This document shows, piece after piece, positions 13,542 to 27,241 of a DNA stretch of 64,000 nt. The DNA is from Prorocentrum cordatum (Eukaryota): assembly GCA_963575745.1 (NCBI GenBank), contig CAUYUJ010000147.1, positions 1 through 64,000 of the forward strand, written 5' to 3'. Below the pieces are notes generated by a model. The model saw nothing but the letters and a program-made list of their open reading frames with translations. It was not told where the DNA came from and did no database searches. A program made the translations under genes and the position numbers. The stretch's first letter is position 1. Every line of letters starts with the position of its first letter.

Positions 13542-15394
13542 TGCAAGTATGGCATATTGTACCGTGCGCGCGTTATCTTAAATCGTACTATAGGCACGCC
13601 CACGGACGGCTGTAATGCGGAGGCACTGGACCAGCCACGTGGGCTTCAGTGACCAAGTTTCGCACATCATCGCTCGTGCTATCCCGAACGTTCTCGCGCT
13701 GCTGTGGGGCAGAATACAAAGGTCCTCAATCAACAGTCAATGTCGCGCGACTGACATTCCTAACTCTACCTGGAGGGCCCTGCCCCTCAGGACGGCGTTG
13801 TTTATGATCAGGCGTCGGCGGGAGACTCACGCGCATAAGCTAATTCGTGACTCCTGGACTCACGTCAGCATCCACGTCCTCGCCGAACAGCAAATGCGAC
13901 CTCACCCCTGCAGAGGGGATCCTATATCTATTATCCTGCGGACCAGCTGCTCGTACATCACCGCCCTCCTCCGCCCTTGCTGCAGGCGACACGTCGTTGT
14001 CTGTCGGGAGGGCCACCATCAACCACATTGGTCCGTGCTCCTCCTCCCTCGCCGACATTCGCCCCGACTGCGCCGGTCAACGACATAAGGTCGACGCTCA
14101 TTCTGACGCTGGAGACGCCCACCGTAGGAATGCTGAGTGGCGGGGGCGGAAGAAACTGCGCAAACAATGCCCCATTTTTATATGGCAACGAGTACTCAGA
14201 GGGTTCATTCCTCTTTTCTCTTGCCTGGTTCAGATACCGATGCGCCCATGTCAATATGTCCTCTTTCAGACAAGTCACCTCTCCAACAGCGAGCCCCAGA
14301 ACCTCGTCAAGACGTGAGCGACCGGGGCGAACTTGACGCAGCCGCATGAGTTCATTGCGAAGTGACAAATGCGCTCGGCTTGATCAGGGTCCGACATGTA
14401 TGGCTAGAAGAGTTCTCACCACTTTAACAACTTCTGACACAGGATAGTCGATCGGGAGGTCATATGGAGGCAACGACAAGTCCATATTATACAGATCATC
14501 TACTACATCACCCTCTCCAAGCTTTTCAGGAGAAGGTTCGGGAGATTCAAACTCAAGAGTACTAAGTGATTCTGAAGCATATATTCTGACAGATTTCAAA
14601 TCAGCTTCGGCCCTGACGGGTTGCTTAAGCCGTGCCTCTGACGGAGAACCCGGCTCCTCTTCATTGCGTTGGGGATCGAAGCGTGGTGGGCCCCTTGGAG
14701 GAGGCGTCGGAGGTGCCGGCAGATCCTTCGAGCTTCCAGCGCCCGGTGCGTCTGCTTTTGCCGGAGGTGGGTCATCCCTCAAAGAAGGCTTCCATGTGTT
14801 GAATATACCTGCTGGCGGCGCCTTCGCCTCTCTCTCTTTGGCCTCTGATCAGCGTCACGCGGCTTGGCCGCTGACTTCGGAGCAGGCGCAGGAGGGGGCG
14901 GAGGCGGCTTCAACACATTGCCTGACAACGGCCCCCAAAGATTTCTGCCCCCTGGCGGCGGCGCCGCAGGGGGACACGCCCCCTTCCTGAGAGTCGTCAT
15001 CCGACCCAAGAGCCGCCATTTCCCCGTGGCCTTAGGAATCGGGGGCACAGGAGGTCCAGCAGTTTTGGCACGCGGATGTTTAAGTTCCTGAGGGCCCTGA
15101 AAACGCGGAGGCGGCTTAGCCGCGCGAAGAGCAGACGCGCCCGCTGGCTGCGCCGGCGTGGCGGCTTGGCCTTGGCCTCTTTTTGTCCGTGAGCCGTCTC
15201 CTTTCCCATCTCCTCCGCTCCGTCTAGGAACGGGCGTTCGAAGTCAAGCTCGCAACCTGCGCTCTCCAAGTAGCCCCACACATTCTCCATCGAAGGGTCA
15301 TGCTCAAGATATGGTGAAGCATTTTCTTGCCAATCGATCGGTGAAAGATAGGGAACCATTGGCCTTGCTCTATTCTGACATTATTTGTCGAGTC

Positions 15395-15397
<3 letters not shown>

Positions 15398-15460
<63 letters not shown>

Positions 15461-15469
15461 ATATATATC

Positions 15470-15508
<39 letters not shown>
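15398..15508. repeat. (CT)n-(TA)n-(CT)n microsatellite interrupting the coding block
   Basis: Read directly from the sequence. Confidence 0.95.
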
Positions 15509-15512
<4 letters not shown>

Positions 15513-18500
15513 TCCTCAAACGCTCAACCTTGAAATCTTCATCAGCAGCTTCACCTTCTTCCAACAAATGTCACAAAACATTCCAAACGCCACCCCCGCA
15601 CGCATGGCACGCGGCGGGGCCCCAGTGGTAAATGCGTAACTCGGTCATCACAACCTGATCGGCATTCTTGGTACGCTGCTGCGTTGGACCGCCGTCACCA
15701 GTGAAGCGACGGCTTTTGGAAAACTCCAAAATATTATTTCCGCAGAGTTCCAATATCCATCGCGAAAAGTTATTCCGCCATTGCGCGCCGCGAGTGAGTC
15801 GAAGGATTACCTTCTGAATATGTCAAAGAACATATCCGGACATTCGTATTCTCCACGTTTCTCCCACATTCTCGGTCGGAAGGAGGAACTTGGCATTCAT
15901 CGAGAATCGAGTGGGGCGCCCCAACGGATGTTCCGTGGGACTGCCCAGTCCAATGTTGGCCCGAAATCATCTCTGCCAATTTTTCCTCTTGTACTTTGAG
16001 AGGAAATGTCAATTGGACACGCTGCTCCTTTTCTGCGTGTTCTACAATTGCTGCCTTTTCCCACACGATGCGGTCAACAATCGTCCTCGGTGCCCCGGGC
16101 GCTGCGCGGTCACGTCGCGCGATGAAGAACTTCGCCCAGTTTGGGATCACATATCCTGCACACAAAACCGGCCGTCTCGCACTCTCTCGGAGCATTTGCT
16201 GCGCCAACCACGCATCTCCGTTCGATGCGACGCGCAACCGATCATAAGCTGCACTATGCACGAGCGCTTCATTGTGCAATCATCAGAATCTCCCCCTGGC
16301 CGCATATTATTATTGCTGTAAAGACGTCGGGCTAACTCATTAGCATTCAAGGGCTTCAGGGAGATGAACTCTGCAAGTTGTCCACCCTCTCCTTCAGTCA
16401 GTCCAATCGTCGATGGATGTGGCAATGTGACAGGCGACCTGCGAACATTATCAGACCCGAGTGGAGGATATTTCCTCTTCTTGCCCAGACCTCTTCCCGT
16501 TGCGTTCTCCGGACACTTTCCTCTTATCGTGTTCTCGCAATGTCCAGCAGGGGAAAGAAAAAGCAGTTAATACTCTAACAGGTTCCACTGAGCGTGCCCG
16601 ACTCTCGATTGAACTCGCGGCTGCGCCAGGTCCAACAGAGCCCCCTGCATCGCTCGTAGTTGGCATTGATTGTCCGGCAGGACTGGTAATCGAAGCTGCA
16701 CCAGCGGGGCTGGCCTCCAATTGGCCGCCCTGCCTTGGCGCGGGCTGCGCCCCCGAGGTTCGCCAGGCAATCCGCTTCGCAGACTGCGCAGGTGAGCGAA
16801 AAAATGATCGAGATGCTTCCAGTGAGTCTATTGCTTCCTGCATGAACTGATCTATGAAATTTGTTCGCCACCACGACGCATGGCGCGCCAGTCCAGAGGC
16901 GTGCCGGGAATGCACGGCAAGCTCCTCTTAAGGAAGTGATGGTACTCGCTCCAACGCAAGTACTTTTCACTGCCATGTTCTTTCGAGATACAATATTTCC
17001 AATATTGTGAAAATAAAGAATGCCGCGCCCCCTGTCCTGTCCCATCAGCGTTGACAGGAACGGCATTGAGCACGTCAGCAGAAAGGGAGCGTTCCCAATA
17101 GTGAAATCGGAGCACCGTCCACGGTAGGACACCAGTTGGTCCAATACGAGACGTGCTCTTCATAAGTAGCTTCTGTCTTCGCGAATCCATCTGCTCGCAA
17201 TTCGCCATCGCAAGCCCACTCCTGGGCGGCTGAGCCGCCAGAGGGTTGACACAAAAACCAAGCGGCGAAACGTTTTGCTTGCATCATGTGATCGGCCATT
17301 ATCTTACCCCCTTGAACATTGACTGTTGCACCGTCTCTGTCCAACTTGCACGACTCGTGTTGGTCGACAAAATAGTGCGCGTCGTTCGAGGTGCGACGAA
17401 GTTTCCGACGCAAGCACGCACCGTCCAAAATCATTATTTTGAGCTGAATCCCTGCAGTCTTGCACCGCTCAATCCGCTGATTCATGCGCGCCCGCAACAA
17501 GGTAGCAATGTCGTCCAACATGGGATCCATTTTGACCGTGCAATTCCCCGACTGCCAACATCTATGATCTCCGCCAATCTAATATATATATGTATGGCTC
17601 CCGTCTTGGAACGTTTTACAGCCTCATCTATCATCCTCTCAGCTGTCTCGAAAAATCGGCCAAGTAATGCAATCGGCTTCTGAGGCTCGGCGCTCTTCTT
17701 TTTCGCCCCGGGCAGCCCCATGATGTCGCAAGTGTTTCCGTCAGAGATATCATTCGTGATCTAAGGTACATATTGTATTGGCATATGCTGCCTTGGGGCG
17801 AAATTTCCCAGGGTTGGAGACTTGATTATTCCACATATCTTCATTTCCCATGCATTGCAGAAGCGTCGGCCCGCACTCTCCACATCTGATGTCTGCGTCC
17901 GTTCCCAGAAGACTGCCCCGCCTAAAATATGGAAGGCTCGAACCAGGGCCAAGCCTCTCCTCTTGCGCATTACTGAACTTGCACGAAAGATCAAGGATCA
18001 TATGAATGGCAGCGCCCCAATACTTGTGTCCTCTGCATGAGCTTCGCTCCAAAGGTCAAAGAAAATCGCGCGGGGGTCTGCCGGTCCGCACCATGGCGGC
18101 CAGATCCTCACCACTGTAGGGAATCCACCCATGGCCGCGCGATTCTGCCATTAATGCAACGGCTTGGCACAAACGCTGATTCTTGAGCCACCCCAACGCA
18201 GAATAAAGGGAAATATCGACTACTTCAGCATACAATGCCGCTCTCTTTGACGCAACGAGCCCATTCGTCGGATACTTCGCTGCCCTGCAAGGGCGCGGCT
18301 GTGCTGGCGTCTTTTTGCTCTCTGCGTTGCAGCGCATTCCAAATTCCACGGGCCAAATAAGGCGGATCGGACTCACCACCCACTGCTTCCGAACGGGGAG
18401 GTTCAGGCGGACCCGGATCAGGAGGCCGACCTCCGCCTCCACCCCCATTTGGGGCACCTGGGTTCTGTCCAGCGTTTCCACCGCCAGATCCAGCACCAGA

Positions 18501-20024
18501 CCACGACCCCCAACCCCCGGCTGCGCCGGCGTTGGGATTACTAGAAGAACCACTTCCGCTCGGAGCGCCAACTGCAGCACCAGAGCTCGAGAAACTGCCT
18601 CCCCACGGTGCGTCAACGGGCGCATCTGGAATTGCGATGTCTGAGAAGATCGCATCTTCCTCAACGCGCATGGACGTCTCAGTTTTGGCCACTTTAATGG
18701 GCCGCTGATCTTCCCCGTCGCCCATCCGCCTCAGTGGGGAGTAGGCCTTTTGAGTCGCGACGTTGCCTTCCCTCGAAGGCGGCCCCCCTCGCTCAGGCGA
18801 CTGCGTCGCTCAGCGAAGTTTGGTTCTCTTGATTTGCGGTTATTCCTGCTCCTCGCCCCCGCCGCGGGGTCTGTTTGGAGCGTCCCCGATCAAGGCTTGC
18901 GCAACCACATTCACTTTAACTTCGGCCCCCCCTCCGATTAAGGGACGTGCAAAGTGGGCCCCTCGTCTGTCAACAGCAGGGCTGCGCGAGGGTCTTCACT
19001 TAGATGGTCCACAAATAATGAAGACAACTTGATCAGTGCGTCTGTCAATAGTTTTGATTGCGACAAAATATCCTGCCCCTGCCATGTAGATACGCTGAGC
19101 AGTCCGAAGAACTGGTCCGATGATTTCTCCACGATCGCAGTACCGGACAGGTTTGCTCGTCGGGCCCCCTGGAGGCCCTGTGAAGAATCTAGATCTCAAC
19201 ATGGCGTTTGGCTCAACGTGTGACTGAAAGTACTGCGATTCCTTGATTTGCGCCAAATCTGGAGGCGGACAATCAAAATTGCCTTCGAAACTCCCCTGCG
19301 AGTCCGGCTCGCGCGTTGCCCAGAAGACAATCTGTGGACCAACAGACGCTTTAATATATAATCACTGAATCACTGATTCATTGGCTGACTTCAAGTCCCC
19401 GCTGAGTGCCATTGCAACACTGTCCGCCCGAGAATATGCGCAGCCATTTCGGGTCATCACTTTTTGCTGCGCCCACCGTTCGCGAGGCATTTGTGGCACG
19501 TTTTCCCCACAAAGAAACTCGCTATCATCATCCTCGGGTTCCAAGTGATATTTGTGTTTTAGGTCAACGTTGGTCCATTTGTTGGCAATCTTCTTTTTTT
19601 CTGCAAGAACACTCACCAGCTTCTTCCCCCACTCCGATACGGCATCAAATCCGCTTCCCCTCATGGGGGCTATGCCCGCTTTGTTGGCAATCACTGTCCC
19701 AGAATATTCGTCTCCGTCGGTTTCGGTGTAGCTTCCAAGGTCCTCGGGTAGTTTCCCGACGTATACATAACTGGTACTTTGAACTTCCCTAGCGGCTGCG
19801 CCGTTCGGGGGGCCGAAAGCCTGAAGTTTCTCGGCTACTCTACTCGCAATTTTGCTCGGTCTATTTGCGAGGAAAACATATGTTAGACAATCGTTGTCAT
19901 GAATAGAAGCGCCATGATTGTCGCCCCTATCACAACTGTCCTGGCACACTTTGCAGCGATAGCCTGGGCAATCTACATTATCGTAATATTCCTTCGGCTG
20001 CGCCGTCTTTTGTTCCTCTGCCTT

Positions 20025-22469
20025 TTATCTCCCGCCAGACCGGCGCTCTCCGGTCCTGGCCGCCCTAGCGGACGCCCTCGCCGCCCCCGACGGCGCCCGC
20101 ACCTGCTGGGGGGGAGACGTCAACATGGAATGGCAGGGCCCGCGAGACGGTGAGATTGAGGACGTCGCCTCATGGGTCTCCGGGTCCGCGCGGGCAACGT
20201 GCCAGGCCTGGCCCAGGAGGCAGGCGACGAATCTGGAGCCCAGGTGGTATGCTTCGCAAGGTTCGCCGTCGATGCCAGGTGCGCCTGGGTTCAAAACGAG
20301 GGCGGCTAGGCGGCCACACCGTGGCGCAAGGAGGTCCGGTAGGTGAGTCGTGCGTCCACCCGCGAAGTAGGAGTCCAGGAGGCGTGTGTGGGCGGGCGGC
20401 AAGGGTTGCACCGACTGCCAAATGCCTGCTCGGCTGTTCCATAATACCTTCTCCATTCTGGAGGCGGCGTCGTTCCAGCGGTCACCGGGTCCTCGCGCTC
20501 CTCTTAAGGAGTGCGTCTTCTTGAATATCTCCCGACCAATCCGGTAGTTCGGCGAGCTGGGCCCTCTCCACGCCAGCGCCGCATTCCCGCGGAGTCAGCT
20601 GGGCTGTCCGTCGTTGGGTCTGGTCCGCGCGCCATCTGGTCTCCCAGGCGGCTGCCTCGCTGGGTGACAAGTCGTCGCCGCCCCATCCTGCGCTTGTCAA
20701 CCATGCTGCTGAGGGCCCGGTCGGTCTGAACGCCCCGGTGCCGGTTGCGGCCCTTCGCAGCTGCGCGCCCATCATGGGGGCCAGGCGCCGTCTGACCCAT
20801 ATTTTCACCAGGGCGCGATCGCAGCGCTGAGGGCGTCGCGCCCGTGCTCGGCGAGTGCGTCGATCCGGGGTGGTGCGCGGTCCTTGACTGGCGGGATGAG
20901 GTCGTCGTGGCCGTCTTCTTCATGGTTCAAGTCGTGTCTATCATTGGCAGGAAGATCGTCGGGGAGGCAGCCTGGGGGGGCGGGCCGGGTCCAGTCACTG
21001 GGCTGCACGAGGCCAGTCAGGTCCACTTGCGGCATCTGGAACATCATATCCAGGATGTTGCAGTGTCGTCGCAGGTCGTCATGCGCCTCCCCCGGGAGCC
21101 CTTTGTAGGCCCAGGGTGTGAGCACGTCACATCTCTTGACTGCAGGGTGCGAGGGCGGGTCGGCGCACATCAGAGCGTGGTCGGAAAATGTGCTGGACAG
21201 GCGAAGGTGTCGATCTGCGACTCGCCACTAGCACCTATGCGGGTGGGGCCGTCGTTGGGGGCAGGGTGGGAGGCGCGTCTGAGGGCGCCTCGAGCAAGTC
21301 CTCGGCCCATCCGTTGACCTCCTAGTGTGGATATTGAAGATCCCTGACGCCGAGCGCCCCAACGACTTGCGCCCCCTGCAGTTGCCTACCTGCATGCGTC
21401 TCCTATTCGGCGCATCCCTGGCGGACCTGCTTGGGCCACTGATCTAACCTCAGCTCTCAGGAGATCGGGCAGCCAAGAGAAATGGACCATGCGGGCCCAA
21501 CATCACTGCAGCTACTGACCACCTCGGCAAAGCGCCCGCCCTCAACCCCCCTCCTGTCGCCGCCTGGCATCACTTCTTGGGAGACTACGGTCCTCTGGTA
21601 GACACCTACATCAGGGAAGCAGCGGCGGGGGCCTCGACGTCCACTGCCACGGCGACGTCATTCGCAGACCACAGCAAAGCGTTCGAGAGACTGCCCCATA
21701 CATTGGTAGAGGAGTTACTACGGCGCCGGAGGCTCCCAACCTGGCTCAGGCACGCCCTCATGGCCCTCACCATAGACACGTGCAGACGTGCAAAGGCACC
21801 TACGCCGGACCAAGGAAGCGACTACTGCGGTCCATCAGCATGGGAGGCACCGCCTCCCCCCTCATATGGCGCATGGCATACGACCCCGTCATTGAGGCAA
21901 CTTCTGCTGCCACCGGGGACAGATGCCCCGCCTACGTGGACGACCTTGCTGAACTCCTTACCACCGCCGAGCAGGCCCTGCGCGCCTCCATCCTGCTTCC
22001 GTGGGCCTCGCACATGGCTGGGCTTTGCGTCGACGCCCACGCGTGCCAGGGGCTCGTGCCGCCTGCGTCGCCGGACAATCTACGGCGTGCCTGTGCGCCC
22101 CTGCCTGTGCAGGTTAAACGCCGCTCCAGCGGGAGATCATTTTTTTATTCCGGCCGGTAACGCTCGTTACCCGGGGGGGGGGGGTCGTGCCCCCCGGGTA
22201 ACGGTAACGCTTGGGCTGGGCGGGGTATGGCGAAGCAGGGGCGCTCTGCGATCGCCATAGTATGCGCGCGAGCAGCACTCTCTGCCTGAGAGCACCACAG
22301 TGGCTTGCGATTCGAGTACAAGCGCAAAGCCCGCCGCGTGGTCCCGGCACCACGCCCGCGCCCGCGCGCGCGACGACGATGATCGACGAGCGACGAGCGA
22401 CGAGGTCGACGACGACGACGACGACGTTTGCCGCCTGTTTCGGCCTCCGGAGGCCGTTTTCGGGCGCCG

Positions 22470-22527
<58 letters not shown>

Positions 22528-24812
22528 TTCGAGTACAAGCGCAAAGCCCGCAAGCACCAGCATCGCGCATGCGAGCGCCGCAATGGCCTGCGAGCGCCCA
22601 CAGTGCGCCTGCGACCACCACACCACAGTGCGCATGCCTTCGGGCACCAGCATGTTGGAGGGGAAGACCGAGACCCCCCCCGCGCACGAGCGTTACCGTT
22701 ACGGGGGGGGGGGGGGGAGAGGCCCGGGTAACGAGCGTTACCCCCCAGAGGATAAAAAAACAATCTCCGGAGCACCCGCGGTGATTGGCCTCACTCCAGA
22801 GCTGACAAAGAGGATCCTTACCAACGAACTCGGCCCAAGCGGCACCCGGAACGCCTGGATCTGGCAAGATGATTGCACGTGCACGTTCAAGCCTGCCCTT
22901 GTCCCAGCCGCCGATCACGCCTGGTGGAGGCGAATCATGGCACGCTCTCCGTTCGGCGCGTCGTGCGCCAGGCCACAATGGCCGTGCCTGAGCGCAGCAA
23001 TGGTCTCGCGCACACTGGCTGACGCGGGGCCGCCACGGGGGGCCATGACGCCCGCGCATGTGGACGCTATGATCACTGGCGCCCGGGGACAGGCCATGAG
23101 TAAGATGCGGTCCAGAACCCCCGCGCTCCACGACGCACGGGCCTCTCCCGGGCGGAGAGCGGCGGCGTTAAACGCACGCATCGCCTCCCTGATCCCCTAT
23201 ACGCGCGCCCGCCCCCAACACTTGAAAGGTCTATGAGGTCCCAACTGCGCCTGGCTATTGGGCTGGCTGGTCCCCACTGGGCGCCCGGCCATATCCTCAC
23301 GGGCCTGGACTTCATGCCTCAGATACTGGGGCGCCCTAGTTGCCCCGTCGCCCTGGCCCGCAGCATTTCAGCACTGGCACGCGCGCGGAGCGACGCGCGG
23401 GGACCCTCAACGGCAAAACGGAGGGCACTGACCAGGTGGAACAAGCTCGTCAGATGGGCCAACAGCAACCCGGCGCCACCCGCCCGGCCGCGAAGAGGGG
23501 CCAAGGCCCTCACCCTACCCAAGGCCGCCAGCATTATCATGGCATACACGGCCCAACCTGACCTGCCAAGGGGGCGGCTCCTCGGCCGCGCCCTCTACGC
23601 GGCCGCATGGGCCCAACACCACGGAACCACGGCCAATGACTGGTTCGCAAGGGTCAGCCAACGACGGAGGTGGGCCCCATGACAAGCGAGGGAATGGGGC
23701 ATCCTCGCTCAAGCGGCTGACTTCACCGCTGCTTACCACATTCTCAAGTTTCTCTCCAACGGCCTCCCGGGACGTGCGACATGGCGTAGCGCTCAGGATC
23801 GTTTCCCCCGCCAGTGTAATGAATGTCAATGCGAGGCCGATCGCGTATGGCATACCGCCTCGGCCCAGTACCGAAGCGTCGCCTGGTGCAACCGATGCCT
23901 AGGGCACTGGGCAAGTCCCCAAGCGAAGTGGCCACTGCTTCCACAGCACGCCCTACCTGAACGACCCCGCGCCCTCGCCGCCAACACCCGCAGCGCGCGC
24001 GGCCAAACCTGCGCAACGCCCAGCCCGGCGCCCAGCCCGCACGGCACCTGCCCGTTGTGCGGCATGGGAGAAGCCGGCAGCGAGCACCTGTGGGGATGGC
24101 GCCCTGCCGTCGCGCTGGCTTGGACACTGGTGTGTCCTGGAGATGCACCGGACCTCCCCCCGGAAGCCATCCTCGCCCCTGGCGACCACTTGCGGACATT
24201 TGCCGTCTTTATGCACCAAGTCTCCTATAGATACCATGTCGCGCTTGGCAGGGCACCTCTGGAAGCAGACAGCGCGGCGCAACTCATTCGCACCGGAATG
24301 GTGGTTGACCGATCCAGCGACGCCCCCGAGGACGAGGACATAACCATAAGCATGCCAGGCGCCGACGCTGACAGCGCTGGGCGCGCCCTGACACTGCCTG
24401 CCAGGATTGCCTGCCGCACGGCGCCCCTCCCTGCGCCATGCATGGGCCCACCGCCCTACACGGCGCACGGCTGGCCAACAGGGCTGGCGGCGACTGCAGG
24501 AGGCTGGCTGCCGTCACGGGCGCTAACCTGCCCGGCCAGCACCTCCTGCACCTCCGGTCCACCCACGCAATCGCCGGGCGGCTACTAGCTGGGCCAGGGT
24601 GGCCCCCCTGCCCCCGCGTCACGGACGACAGTCCCACCGCATGCTGGTCAGGCACTTTCTGCAGGACATGCACCAGGCAATGCCTTATATTCATCGCCTC
24701 CCAGTCCATGGAACACGGACAAGAGGTCACCGTCAGTGACTCCCCCATCCCCGATCAGGACCCGCCTCAATGCCCGCGCGAAATCACCTTCGACGGCGGA
24801 GCCCGCCCCGTA
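20025..24812 (+). mobile_element. Third decayed LINE (APE, RT, zinc finger, start of RNase H) with an internally inverted segment
   Basis: Plus strand: YLPP...GGDVN (20026-20125). Minus strand within 20164-21297: PTR..SQIDTF, FSDHAL, APGIDGEP. Plus strand again: DLRPLQLP, FADHSKAFE, MGGTASP, AYVDD, CPLCG...EHLW, then ITFDGG at 24783-24800, where it is cut. Confidence 0.85.
22133..22767. mobile_element. MITE, 635 bp, imperfect TIRs, 3-bp TSD CGG, (GAC)n core
   Basis: Left end GAGATCATTTTTTTATT..GGTAACGCTCGTTACCCGGG; right end CCCGGGTAACGAGCGTTACC..ATAAAAAAACAATCTC. CGG lies at 22130-22132 and 22768-22770. Excision restores the LINE frame KRRSSG-APAVIG. Confidence 0.9.
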
Positions 24813-25337
24813 CCCACACATCCGGACGTCATGAAAAAAAAACAAGACACGAGAGGAAGTCATGGTTTTTAACCAAGACGTGAGCGAAAAACCAAAACAT
24901 AAGGAAAAAAAAAACATGACATGACTATTGCTGGATATGTTGCCCAGTACACATAATTGTATCACAGCAACCGAGAATACCATGTGATAGGTTGTCAGCT
25001 GCACCAGACACGATGATTGATTAATTCGATGCTTTTGTTCAGCGCACAGATCAAGTGGAAGCAGATTTGGGACAAGGCAGCACGACCGCGGTTAGCGCTT
25101 GCATCGCACTTTTTGCACACACGTATGCACAAGTGTTGGCTGCTTGTTTTCTGTATGTTCGTTAACTGCCTGTTGTCTCTGTGTTTTTTTTTCAGAGCCC
25201 AACAGTTGCATGTGCGACATGTCGCACCGCTCTCCGCGGCGAACCTCGAGACGAGACGGTCGCACCGTTCTCGGTCGGAGAGGTGCCCTGGGGCGGGAGG
25301 GGGCGCGCGCGCGCGCGCGTGCGCGTGCGCGTGGGGC

Positions 25338-25368
<31 letters not shown>

Positions 25369-25372
25369 GGGT

Positions 25373-25416
<44 letters not shown>

Positions 25417-25589
25417 ATTATGATGAAGAGAGAACATGTGATTTCATTTCACACGTATGCGCGCCCGAAGGCAAGCGGCCGCGCGGCCACTTTAGCGCCG
25501 CCCCGCATGGCATCGCCACGGAGGCGGGCAGAAACAAGGCCTCTGGAGGCATTAAAATTGCTTTCGTGCACGATCGACGGCGGCTTGCG

Positions 25590-26100
25590 CTAGAAACAGG
25601 CCAGCGCACGAGGGCGGCCTGCACTGGAAACACGCCGCGGCCTGATACATACACGTATGTATATATGCATGTATACATATGTATGTATATGTATTTTAAT
25701 TTATACATTTATATATATGTATGTATATATATACACATACATAACACATCGATCGAGGCCGGCCTGCACCAGATGAGGCCAGCGCATCAATCGAGGGCAG
25801 CCTGCGCCAGATGCAAGCCGGCGCACGAGGGCGGCCTGCACCAGATGAGGCCAGCGCATCGATCGAGGGCGGCCTGCACCAGATGCAAGCCAGCGCACGC
25901 ATACATATATGTTTATATATATGTATATATAGTTATGCGTGTATATATATATATACACAGGCCTGCGCCAGATATATGGCGAGGCCAGCGCATCGATCGA
26001 GGGCGGCCTGCGCCAGAAACAGGCCAGCGCGCGCGATCGAGGGCGGCCTGCGCCAGGCCCAGGCCAGCGCGCGAGGCGCAAGGGCGGCCTGCGCCAGACA
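25590..26100. repeat. Degenerate ~35-40 bp tandem repeat (GAGGGCGGCCTGC(A/G)CCAGATG..GCCAGCGCATCGATC) interleaved with (TA/TG)n
   Basis: Repeated units are visible at 25610-25640 and 25750-26100; a poly-G run lies at 25352-25415. Confidence 0.85.
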
Positions 26101-27193
26101 TGAATGAGACAATGCGAAACAGACATGAAACTACGGTGCGCGCGCTCTCCATGGAGCCAGCGAGCCCGCGACGGGGCGCCGCGGAGGGGCAGGGGGCCAC
26201 GGGCCCCGACACATCAGGCGCCTCGACGTTTAGAATCGTTTTGCGACGGCCCCGAGGGCCTGCGCGCACCCCCCCCCCTCCCCCCCCCCCCCTCCACACA
26301 AGCCGACAAATGCGACTGATTGTCGTCTCGATTTTTTTCGAGACACCCGATGCGTCAGCGCGCGGCCACTTTATCGCCACGCCCAGATGGCATCGGCAGG
26401 TCGTCCTCCTCCTCCTTCCCCTCCCCCCCCCCGCCCTCCCTCCTCCTGCCCCTCATCATCCTCCTCCTTCGTCCTTCAAAAAATAATGCAGGGAACGCGA
26501 TTAAACTCCGCGCCCTCGGACGCAGCGCCGCGCGCCGCTCGCCGTGGGCGCCCGCCCGTGACCTCGAGCGATCTTTCTTAGTTTCTTCCTCCTCCCCCTC
26601 CATCTCCTCCTCCTCGACCCTCGGGGGGCGCGGGTCGGGGTGGCGCGCGCCCCCCGCCCCCAGGGGCAGAAGATACGCACTCCGCGCGGCCACTTGATCG
26701 CCACCGCCAGATGGTCTCGCCCATATCTCTGAACGCAGGCAGCACTCAAGGAAAAAACGGGGCGCGACAACAACGAATTCCATTCGTCATTGACGCTCAT
26801 GCCACACACATGTGTGTTAGCATTGTTGCGTTGGCTTGTGCGTTGGTTGTTTGCGCGTGTTTTGTGAGTGAAAATGCGCGCGCACGCGCGCACCCTGGAC
26901 CCGAGGGGGTCCTCTGACCCGCCCCTGCCCCCCAGGTCCACGGCCGATCCGTCGCGACCACTTTGTCGCCACCCCGTTCGCAGAGACAAAAAAGCAACAT
27001 GAGAAGTGGCAAGACCCATCTGCGCCGTCGCCTGGATAGGGCGGCGCAGGGGCTGGCGCGTCCAATCTGCCGTGTATATATACATGCATAGATGTATGTG
27101 TATATATATACATACATGCATGCATACAAACATACATACAAACATACATACATGCATGGATGCATACATACACACGCACATACATACATACAT

Positions 27194-27241
<48 letters not shown>

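Larger units (their letters stand above)
9963..20025 (-). mobile_element. Large decayed coding block of unknown identity: same-strand broken ORFs, probably a large mobile element or endogenised virus-like sequence
   Basis: Lower GC and repeat-poor relative to the flanks. Successive minus-strand ORFs (19362..19949, 18996..19256, 18225..18725, 17075..17530, 15770..16279, 14384..14782, 13317..13541, 12834..13265, 11178..12047, 10730..11386) abut through stops or frameshifts. No introns are evident. Confidence 0.55.

Noticed and set aside
20158..21303. Twin-priming 5' inversion
   Set aside because: APE sequence upstream of the inverted part is in the same orientation as the 3' part, so the inversion is internal.
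25590..26100. CRISPR-like regularly spaced repeats (also 62025-62790 and 58925-59000)
   Set aside because: Units are degenerate and contiguous, without unique constant-length spacers; no cas genes; eukaryotic context.
25017..26486. 489-aa ORF
   Set aside because: Runs through poly-G, (TA)n and tandem repeats; no domain signal.
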